A stretch of 42,967 bases of DNA from Candidatus Eiseniibacteriota bacterium. GTDB lineage: Bacteria > ARS69. Both the position numbers and the translations under genes were made by a program. The notes under the pieces were generated by a model. That model saw only the letters and a program-made list of their open reading frames with translations, made no database searches and had not been told where the DNA came from. Below, piece after piece: positions 27,593 to 36,528 of the stretch (its first letter is position 1; every line of letters starts with the position of its first letter). The stretch spans positions 1-42,967 of the forward strand of contig JBQTGV010000121.1 of NCBI GenBank assembly GCA_052390515.1, given 5' to 3'.

Positions 27593-28992
27593 GCGGTTCG
27601 AGAGTCATGTTCGGACAGGGCCCACGCGAATGGCCAGAGGAGGAATCGAGATGAAGCTTCGCGAATCGTCCGGTCTGCGCGTCGTGCCGATACTCGCCGC
27701 TCTCGTGGCCGGGGTGGCGGAGCATGCATCCGCCCAGTACGCCCTGAGTTGGCAGACGATCGACAGCGGTGGCGTCATGCAATCTACGGGCGGGACCTAC
27801 ACGCTCGGCGGCACGATCGGGCAGGCGGATGCCGGAGCCCTGTCCGGTGACGTGTACATGCTGGCCGGCGGGTTCTGGACCGGGGGCGGCTCGACCGTCG
27901 TCGGCGTGTCGGAGGGCGATGCAGAGGCGGCGGCGGATCGTCCATCCGCGTTTCGGATCCACGCCCCGGCGCCGAATCCGGTCGTCCGGGAAACCACGGT
28001 CGCGTTCGAAATTCCCGAGACACGGCGCGTCAGCGCGCGCGTCTTCGACGTCGCCGGGCGGCTGACGCGGACGCTCGTCGACGGGACCCTCCCCGCGGGG
28101 CAGCACGTGCGCGTGTGGGACGCCACGAACGAGAGCGGTCGGCGCGTGTCGGCCGGCATCTACTTCGTGGTGCTTGACGCCGGCGCGGAGCGCGCCCGGC
28201 AGAGGGTCGCCGTCGTCCGCTAGAGCTCCATTTCGAAGGGCGACGGCACGATCTCGTGTCACCCGCGACGGCCCGGCGGTGGGCCACCCCGATCGGAGGC
28301 AGACGACCATGAAAGCACCGATGATGGCAGGTTTCTCGACCCTCCTCGGGATGCTGGCGGCGGACCCTGCGGCCTCCGCTCCCCTGGGCACGGCGTTCAC
28401 CTACCAGGGTCGGCTCGACCAGAACGGCGCGCCGCTCGACGGGACGGCGCACCTTCGCTTCCGCTTGTGGGACGCGGCGAGCGGTGGAGCGCAGGTCGGC
28501 GTGAGCCAGCTCGTCCCCAGCGTACTCCTTGCGGACGGGCTCTTCACCGTCGCGCTGAACGGCGCTGGCGAGTTCGGCCCCAACGCGTGGAACGGAGACG
28601 CGCGCTGGCTCGAGGTCGAGGTGTGCACCGATCCGGCCTGCGGCAGCTCGGCGGTTCTCTCTCCCCGCCAACCGGTTACCGCTGCGCCGTACGCGCGACA
28701 TGCTGCGGGGCCGTGGACGATCACGGGCACGACACTCTCGTACAGTAGCGGGAATGTCGGGATCGGCACGACGGCGCCCACCACGACGCTGTCGTTGGGT
28801 AGCTCGAATGCGAACAGCAAGCTACTGGTTTGGGACGGCGGTCCGGGCACCGGACTGGGATTCGGTGTAGGTCCGGCTCAGTTCCGGATCCACCTCGACC
28901 TGCCGACGAATCGCTTCTCGTTCCTGAACGCTCCTTCCGGCAGTGAGATCTTCACCATCACGGGGGCCGGCAACGTGGGCGCCGGCACGAGC
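27074..28992 (+). repeat. Near-identical 168-bp direct repeat: 27074-27241 and 28825-28992
   Basis: Manual alignment shows one mismatch (27149 T vs 28900 C); offset 1751 bp; flanking codons differ at many synonymous sites. Confidence 0.9.
27651..28223 (+). CDS. Small secreted protein with a Gly-rich N-domain and C-terminal FlgD-type Ig domain
   Basis: GAGGAGG RBS; signal ending ASA; YALSWQTIDSGG..STGGTYTLGGTIGQADAG..GGFW; APNP...FDVAGRLTRTL...WDA...AGIYFV. Confidence 0.8.
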   Translation: MKLRESSGLRVVPILAALVAGVAEHASAQYALSWQTIDSGGVMQSTGGTYTLGGTIGQADAGALSGDVYMLAGGFWTGGGSTVVGVSEGDAEAAADRPSAFRIHAPAPNPVVRETTVAFEIPETRRVSARVFDVAGRLTRTLVDGTLPAGQHVRVWDATNESGRRVSAGIYFVVLDAGAERARQRVAVVR

Positions 28993-29361
28993 ACTCCTGC
29001 GGCGAAGCTCGACGTTCGTGGAACGGTGAAGCACGGCCCGAGCGGGCAGTACTTCGTTCCCGGAACCGAGGAGAACCTGCGGATCCTCCGTGGCACGGTC
29101 GATGCGCTCGGCAACATCCTGGAGGGGTCGGGCTTCAGCGCGACCCGTACGAACGTCGGCATCTACCTGATCACCTTCCACAGCTCGTTCACGGACCTGC
29201 CGGCGTCGACCGCGACCGCCAGCACGCCGTCCAGCGGCTCGCGGATCTGCCACATCGCTGCCGGCTCCACCGCCGGCCAGACCTACGTCTCGATCAAGGA
29301 CGGCAGCGGCAACTACGTGGACAGCGGCTTCCACTTCTGGATCATCGGTCCGCGGTTCTAG
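28309..29361 (+). CDS. Second FTYQGRL fibre-like paralogue
   Basis: GGAGG RBS; collinear with 26558-27592 up to ENLRILRG, then a diverged tip ending FHFWIIGPRF. Confidence 0.8.
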   Translation: MKAPMMAGFSTLLGMLAADPAASAPLGTAFTYQGRLDQNGAPLDGTAHLRFRLWDAASGGAQVGVSQLVPSVLLADGLFTVALNGAGEFGPNAWNGDARWLEVEVCTDPACGSSAVLSPRQPVTAAPYARHAAGPWTITGTTLSYSSGNVGIGTTAPTTTLSLGSSNANSKLLVWDGGPGTGLGFGVGPAQFRIHLDLPTNRFSFLNAPSGSEIFTITGAGNVGAGTSTPAAKLDVRGTVKHGPSGQYFVPGTEENLRILRGTVDALGNILEGSGFSATRTNVGIYLITFHSSFTDLPASTATASTPSSGSRICHIAAGSTAGQTYVSIKDGSGNYVDSGFHFWIIGPRF

Positions 29362-29376
29362 AGGAGGAGCGGCGGC

Positions 29377-30786
<1,410 letters not shown>

Positions 30787-30819
30787 GGCTCGTGGCCCTC
30801 CTCGGCGCGGCGGATCGGG

Positions 30820-30852
30820 ATTATAGCGGCTCCCATCGGACCCTCCTATACT
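30820..30852. promoter_or_regulatory. Closely spaced divergent sigma70-type -10 elements
   Basis: TATAAT on - strand (30825-30820) facing fumC; TATACT on + strand (30847-30852) facing the methyltransferase; both stand out against the high GC background. Confidence 0.5.
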
Positions 30853-30886
30853 GCATCGCGGTGGCGATTGGGGGGAGGACCGGGGA

Positions 30887-31421
30887 GTGGGCGCTTCCGC
30901 CTCGACTGTCCTGGACGTCGGCTGCGGGTCGGCGAAGCACGAGGGCGCGTTCGGCATCGACGTGCGGCCGGACACGCAGGCCGATCTCGTGCACGATCTG
31001 CGCGTCGTTCCCTGGCCGATCCCCGCGGACCACTACTCGCGGGTGATCTGCCACGACATCATCGAGCACGTGGCAGACGTCAGCCCCTTCGTGCGCGAGC
31101 TCCATCGGGTGTGCGCGCCTCACTCGATCGTCGAGATCCGCACGCCCCACTTCACCAGCCGGTACGCCTACAACGATCCGACGCACCTCCACGCGTTCGG
31201 CTACTTCTTCTTCGACCACTTCACCCACGACGATGCGACGCTCAGCTCCGGGGGGGGGGGCGCTCTTCCGCTACGTCGAACGTAGCCTGCTCTTCTCCCG
31301 CGCACATCGGCTCGGCGGAGTGAGCGCGCTGGCGAATCGATGGCCGGCGCGATACGAGCAGTTGTTCTGCTGGACGTTCCCCTGCGAGAACCTGCTTCTT
31401 CGTCTCGAGCCGATCAAGTAG
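30887..31421 (+). pseudogene. Class I SAM-dependent methyltransferase-like gene frameshifted at a G11 tract
   Basis: VLDVGCG, DLVHDL...WP, IIEHV, ELHRV, TPHF..DPTH; G11 at 31250-31260; the +1 frame continues LFRYVERSLLF...ANRWPARYEQLFCWTFPCENL to TAG 31421. Confidence 0.75.
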
Positions 31422-31527
31422 ATCTCCGGGGGCGGCGCCCCAAGCGAACAGACCCCTCGCGCCGGTCCTTGCAGGAAGTGATCAAGTCCGGCGGCTCCTT
31501 GGCCGATGCTGGCGCCAAGGAGGATGC

Positions 31528-32316
31528 ATGGAACTGACTCGACACCGCCTCACCGAATCCGACATGGTGTATTTCGTCCACATCCCGCGCACCGGCGGGA
31601 CCACGCTGCACGAGCTGCTCGCCTCGAAGTTCCCGGCGGACCGCTCCCGGAAGGGTGGAAGCCGCCAGGACGTGGCGCTCGACCTTCGCCGCGCGCAACC
31701 GGGCGAACTGGCCGGGCTCCGCCTGCTGAGCGGCCACCACGACACGAACGTGACCACTCTGCTCGGCCGCCGCCCGATCTTCGTCACCTTGCTGCGCGAA
31801 CCGATCGCGCGGACGATGTCGTGGTACGCGATCCTGAAGAGGATGCCGGAGCACGCCCTGCACCGAGCGGCTTGCACGATGACGTTCCTGGATTTTCTGC
31901 GCACTCCGGAAGCCGCTGCAGAGGCGAACCGCCAGACCCGCCAGATCGCCGGGGCGATGGACGCGCCCGCCGGGCGAAACCTGCCGAGCGGGGCGTCGCT
32001 CCTCGACTTGGCGCGGGAGTGCCTCTCGGACTTCGCCTTCGTCGGCCTTCGCGAGCGCTACGAGGACTCGCTGCGCCTGCTCGCGCACACGTTCTGCTGG
32101 GCGCCGTTCCGGAGGCCGCCGGTGCTGAACCCGTCGGGCGCCGTGAACCATCGCCTTCGCCTCGGCCAGCGCGAGCTGGAGCTCGTCCAGGAGCGGAACG
32201 TGCTGGATCTCGAGCTCTGGGCGTACGCGCGCCGACTCTTCCGCGACCGCATGGAGCTTCTCCCCGCGGAGGTGGACGCCGCCGCTGTCTCCGCGGAGGT
32301 CCCGGCTGCCCGCTGA
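31528..32316 (+). CDS. Sulfotransferase family 2 protein
   Basis: AGGAGG RBS; YFVHIPRTGGTTL (5'-PSB), LLSGH, TLLREPIARTMSWY (3'-PB), FAFVGL.ERYEDSL, NVLDLELW. Confidence 0.85.
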   Translation: MELTRHRLTESDMVYFVHIPRTGGTTLHELLASKFPADRSRKGGSRQDVALDLRRAQPGELAGLRLLSGHHDTNVTTLLGRRPIFVTLLREPIARTMSWYAILKRMPEHALHRAACTMTFLDFLRTPEAAAEANRQTRQIAGAMDAPAGRNLPSGASLLDLARECLSDFAFVGLRERYEDSLRLLAHTFCWAPFRRPPVLNPSGAVNHRLRLGQRELELVQERNVLDLELWAYARRLFRDRMELLPAEVDAAAVSAEVPAAR

Positions 32317-32325
32317 TCCGCCGGC

Positions 32326-32354
32326 TTGCCCCGAGGAGGGCACGCCCCTATGCT
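32326..32354 (+). promoter_or_regulatory. Sigma70-type promoter for a probably leaderless transcript
   Basis: TTGCCC (32326-32331), 17-nt spacer, TATGCT (32349-32354), 6 nt, ATG 32361. Confidence 0.55.
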
Positions 32355-32360
32355 GCCCCC

Positions 32361-33446
32361 ATGATGATCCGGCGAATCAAGGCTCTGGCGCTCGTCTCCG
32401 GCGGCCTGGACAGCACGCTCGCGCTCGCGCTCGTCAAGGAGCAGGGCATCGAGGTGGAGGGGATCAACTTCTCCACCGGCTTCTGCTTCACCGACCACCA
32501 CCGCGCGATGCGCACGCCCAAGCACAAGCTGCGCAACGAGGCGCTGCGCGCCGGCGCGGATCTCGAAGTGCCGGTGACCATCGTCGACATCTCCGCGAAG
32601 TACTTCGACGACGTGCTCATCGCACCGAAGCACGGCTACGGCGCGAACATGAATCCGTGCCTCGACTGCCGCGCGTACATGCTGGCCCGTGCGCGCGAGC
32701 ACATGGAGAAGGTCGGGGCGGACTTCGTGTTCACCGGCGAAGTCCTGGGGCAGCGTCCCAAGAGCCAGCTTCGCCGCGCGCTCGCCACCGTGGCGAAGGA
32801 GTCGGGACTCGGTGACCGCCTGCTGCGGCCGCTCTCGGCGAAGCTGCTCCCGCTCACGCTGCCGGAGCGCGAGGGCTGGATCGACCGCGAGAGGCTGCTG
32901 GGCATCTCCGGCCGGAGCCGCAAGGTGCAGATCGAGGAGGCCGGGCGCCGCGGGCTGGACGTGAACGACATCCCGCAGCCGGCGGGCGGCTGCTGCTTCC
33001 TGACCGACGAGGCCTATGCGCGGAAGCTCCGCGACTGGCTGGATCACCAGGAGGAGCCGCGGCACGACGCGGAGGCCTTCGTGCTGCTGAAGGTCGGCCG
33101 CCATCTTCGCCTCAACGACGAGGTGAAGATCATCGTCTCCCGCGACGAGGGGGAGAACGCGTTCCTGGCGGGCTACCGGCGCGGCCGCTGGGAATTCCAG
33201 GCGCGCGACTTCACCGGACCGACCGTCCTGGTGGAGTGCGCCCGCGACCTGCGCTGGGAGGAGATCGAGTCGGTCGCGGCCATCACCGCACGGTACGGCC
33301 ACGGCAAGGACGCCGAGCGGGTCACCGTGGAATGGCGCGCGCCGGCCGGCCCGGACGAGACCTTCCCCATGGTGGAGGGCCGCGCGGTGGAGGACGTGGA
33401 GGTCGCGCCGGCCCGGATCGAGGAGATCGAGCCGCTCCGGGTCTGA
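32361..33446 (+). CDS. ThiI/MnmA-like PP-loop protein (putative tRNA sulfurtransferase)
   Basis: ALALVSGGLDS, NPCLDCR, TGEVLGQRP, LLRPLSAK, PAGGCCFLTD, KVGRHLR...IIVSRDEGEN. Confidence 0.85.
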   Translation: MMIRRIKALALVSGGLDSTLALALVKEQGIEVEGINFSTGFCFTDHHRAMRTPKHKLRNEALRAGADLEVPVTIVDISAKYFDDVLIAPKHGYGANMNPCLDCRAYMLARAREHMEKVGADFVFTGEVLGQRPKSQLRRALATVAKESGLGDRLLRPLSAKLLPLTLPEREGWIDRERLLGISGRSRKVQIEEAGRRGLDVNDIPQPAGGCCFLTDEAYARKLRDWLDHQEEPRHDAEAFVLLKVGRHLRLNDEVKIIVSRDEGENAFLAGYRRGRWEFQARDFTGPTVLVECARDLRWEEIESVAAITARYGHGKDAERVTVEWRAPAGPDETFPMVEGRAVEDVEVAPARIEEIEPLRV

Positions 33447-33503
33447 CGGAGCCGGGGAAGACCGCCCTGGCGGCAGCCGTCTCCCCCCTGTAGCATGTTC
33501 GTG

Positions 33504-36488
33504 ATGTCGAGACCCGCGCTCCGCTTCCTTGTCTCCGCAGTCCCGGTCGGCATCGCCGTCTCGCTTCTGCTCGCCTCCCGCTCCGAGCGGGGCCTCGGGC
33601 TTTCGCCGCGCGACATCCAGGAGACCTCGAACCCCACCGGAGACTCCCCCTGGCTGGGTCAGACTGTCGAAGTGGAGGGCGTCGTCCTCGCCGTCCAGCC
33701 CCACGGCCTCTTCTATTACGTGGCGCAGCCCGCCGGCGGCCCCTGGAGTGGGCTCAAGGTCGAGGGCGCCGCCCTCGAGCGCCACGTGGGCGAGCGCGTG
33801 CTCATCGAAGGCGTCGTGGCCGAGGCGTCGGGGGAGACGCGGTTGCAGGAGATCTCGGTCAGGTCGCGCGGGAAGGGACGCCTTCCGCGGCCCACGCGCA
33901 TCGGGGTGGCGGACCTCGTCGGGAACGGGGAGCCCTGGGAGGGAGTCCTGACTCGCGTCGAGGACGTGACCGTCGAGGGCTTCACCAGCGACTTCGGCGA
34001 GTTCGGCTTCCGCGACGCCACCGGATCCGGCGGCGAGGTCGACGACGAGTTCTTCTACTCGTACATCGCCGATCCCGGAGACACGTTCGCTTCGATCGAG
34101 GGGATCGTCGCGTGGGGATTCGGCGACTTCCACCTCGAGCCGCGCACGGACGAGGACTTCGCCGGCTTCCGCTCCGCCCGGCCCAACGACGCCACCCTGG
34201 TCGTCGACGTCCGCGACCGCGAGGGCCGGCTGCTCCCGGCGCGGGTGACGCTATTCGCCGAGAGCGGTTCGGCGCTGCACATCGGGCCGGGCGACCGCGC
34301 CGAAGGAAGCGAGGACGTGGCGTACATCCACCGTCCCGAGCAGCGGGTCGCGGTGCCGTCGGGCACGTACGACGTGGTCGTCTCGCGAGGGATCGAGTAC
34401 GGGATCCACGAGGAGCGCGTCACCGTGGCCGCCGGCGGCGAGGCGCGCATCCACGCCGTGCTCACCCGCGAGGTCGACACCCGCGGCTGGATCTCCGGTG
34501 ACTTCCACCTGCACTCGGCGCCCAGCTCGGACACGCCGCTCCCGGTTCCGGGGCGGATCATGAGCCTCGCCGGCGAAGGCGTGGAATGGGCCGTGGCGAC
34601 CGATCACAACATGGTCACCGACTACGATCCCGTGATCCGGGAGCTGGGCATCGAGGAGTGGATCACGAGCTCGATCGGCGACGAGATCACCACGCGCTCG
34701 CCGTCGTACGGGCACTTCAACGCGTGGCCGCTGCGCGCCGGCAGCCAGCCCTCGCCGTTCGAGGGGCTTTCGCCGGCCGCGCTCTTCGCCGCCGCGCGCT
34801 CCGACCCCGGCCTGGATGTCGTACAGGTGAACCACCCCATCGTGGTGTCCTGGGGAAACCAGTACTACCAGATCTACGGGGTGAGCACGTTCACCGGCGA
34901 GCCCGCCGATGCGGAGTTCTCGTTCGATTTCGACGCGCTGGAGGTCTTCAACGGGCAGTTCGTGGCGGAAGGTCTCGCCAACTTCGAGATCTGGATGCGG
35001 CAGCTCAACAACGGACACCGCATCACCGCCACCGGGAACTCCGACTCGCATCACCTCGTGTTCCGCGAGCCGGGATACCCGCGGAACTACGTGGCCTCGG
35101 CGGCGGACGGCCCGGGCAGCGCATCGGAAGAGGACCTCGTGGCGGCGGTTCTCGGCGGGCGCGTGTTCGTCAGCTACGGACCGCTGATCGACCTTCGCGT
35201 GAACGGGGTCGGCCTCGGGGATCTCGCCGCGGCGCCGGACGGGATCGTCCGCCTCGAAGCGAGAGTACAGTGCGCGTCCTGGCTCGACGTGAACCTGGTG
35301 CGCGTCTACGCGAACGGGAAGCTCCTGGCGGAGCAGCCTCTGGTGCGCGGAGGACCGGGTCCGGTCGAGCTCGTGTTCCGGGCGGAGGATCGCCCTTCCG
35401 TCGACACCTGGTACCTGCTCTACGTGGAAGGGTCCGGGGACCTCGCCCCGGTTCGGCGCGGGCAGTCGTTCCGGCCGCTCGCCTTCACCAACCCGGTCTG
35501 GGTCGACGTGGACGGCGACGGCGGCTTCGACCCGCCCGGCAACGTGGCCGACGCCGTGACCGTGGCCGAGCTGGACGAGGTGGACGCCGCCGGCGTTCCG
35601 ACGCGGCTGGGAGGCTGGGTCTCGGTGACGGGCTGCGCGCTCACCGACACGCGTTTCGGCGACCCGAGCCTGGGCACGTTCTACGTGGACGACGGCACCG
35701 GCGGCGTGCAGGTGCGTGAGGCGGTCGGCTCCATGACCGAGGTGCGCCGCGGAGACCGCGTGTGGGCCGGCGGGTACGTCGCGCAGACGCTGGGAGAGAC
35801 GCTCCTCACCGAGTGCGTCGTTCAGGTCCTCGGCAACGACCCCGCCTCCTGCGCGGTTCCCGCCCCGACGACGACGGGAGCCGTCGCTGCCGCGGCCGGC
35901 GTCGAGCCCCTGGAGGGCCGTGCGGTGCGCATCTCCGGGGCGAACGTGACCGGCGGCACGTGGCCCTCGGGTGGCGCGGAGGGAGCCGTGACGCTCAGCG
36001 ACGGGAGCGGCACCGTCAGCCTGGTCGTGCCGCGCGGCGTGGTGGTCCCGCCCGAAGCGGGGAGCCTGGTCGACTTCGCCTTCACCGCGCTCGTGACCCA
36101 GCGCGACTTCTCGCAGCCGTTCTTCTCGGGATACCGCCTGACGCTCCGCGATGCGCAGGATCTGGGTCTGGCCGGGGCGGTGCCGACCGGCGCGGCGGGG
36201 TCGGATGTCGCGGGCGCGCTGTCGTTCGGGGCGCCCCGCCCCAATCCCTTCCGCGACGCGATCCGCGTCCCTGTGTACGGCCGGCCGACGGGGCGCGTGC
36301 CTCGCGTGGAAGTGCTCGACGTGACCGGCCGCCGGCTCCGCGAGCTCGTGCTGGAGCGTCCGGGGGCGGGGGAGATCCTCTGGGACGGGCGGGATGCCGG
36401 CGGGACGATCGCCGCGGCCGGGGTCTACTACCTCCGGCTCAGCGGGGCCGAGCGGGCTGGGACGGTGCGCGTCGTCAAATTGCGCTAG
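33504..36488 (+). CDS. Secreted PHP-fold (CehA/McbA-like) metallohydrolase with OB-fold-like domains and a FlgD-type C-terminal domain (ORF open from 33495)
   Basis: WISGDFHLHS, ATDHN, GDEIT..GHFNAWP, QVNHP, EVFNG, GNSDSH, AFTNPVWVD; SPWLGQTVEVEGVV; PNPFR...WDGRD...AGVYYLRL. Confidence 0.85.
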   Translation: MSRPALRFLVSAVPVGIAVSLLLASRSERGLGLSPRDIQETSNPTGDSPWLGQTVEVEGVVLAVQPHGLFYYVAQPAGGPWSGLKVEGAALERHVGERVLIEGVVAEASGETRLQEISVRSRGKGRLPRPTRIGVADLVGNGEPWEGVLTRVEDVTVEGFTSDFGEFGFRDATGSGGEVDDEFFYSYIADPGDTFASIEGIVAWGFGDFHLEPRTDEDFAGFRSARPNDATLVVDVRDREGRLLPARVTLFAESGSALHIGPGDRAEGSEDVAYIHRPEQRVAVPSGTYDVVVSRGIEYGIHEERVTVAAGGEARIHAVLTREVDTRGWISGDFHLHSAPSSDTPLPVPGRIMSLAGEGVEWAVATDHNMVTDYDPVIRELGIEEWITSSIGDEITTRSPSYGHFNAWPLRAGSQPSPFEGLSPAALFAAARSDPGLDVVQVNHPIVVSWGNQYYQIYGVSTFTGEPADAEFSFDFDALEVFNGQFVAEGLANFEIWMRQLNNGHRITATGNSDSHHLVFREPGYPRNYVASAADGPGSASEEDLVAAVLGGRVFVSYGPLIDLRVNGVGLGDLAAAPDGIVRLEARVQCASWLDVNLVRVYANGKLLAEQPLVRGGPGPVELVFRAEDRPSVDTWYLLYVEGSGDLAPVRRGQSFRPLAFTNPVWVDVDGDGGFDPPGNVADAVTVAELDEVDAAGVPTRLGGWVSVTGCALTDTRFGDPSLGTFYVDDGTGGVQVREAVGSMTEVRRGDRVWAGGYVAQTLGETLLTECVVQVLGNDPASCAVPAPTTTGAVAAAAGVEPLEGRAVRISGANVTGGTWPSGGAEGAVTLSDGSGTVSLVVPRGVVVPPEAGSLVDFAFTALVTQRDFSQPFFSGYRLTLRDAQDLGLAGAVPTGAAGSDVAGALSFGAPRPNPFRDAIRVPVYGRPTGRVPRVEVLDVTGRRLRELVLERPGAGEILWDGRDAGGTIAAAGVYYLRLSGAERAGTVRVVKLR

Positions 36489-36528
36489 AATCTGACGATG
36501 AACGCCCGCTTCGCTCTCTGAGGAAACC

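Noticed and set aside
26558-29361. Prophage tail fibres, shufflon or diversity-generating retroelement
   Set aside because: The proteins have signal peptides; there are no phage genes, recombinase or reverse transcriptase; the repeats are direct and the single mismatch is T/C, not adenine-specific
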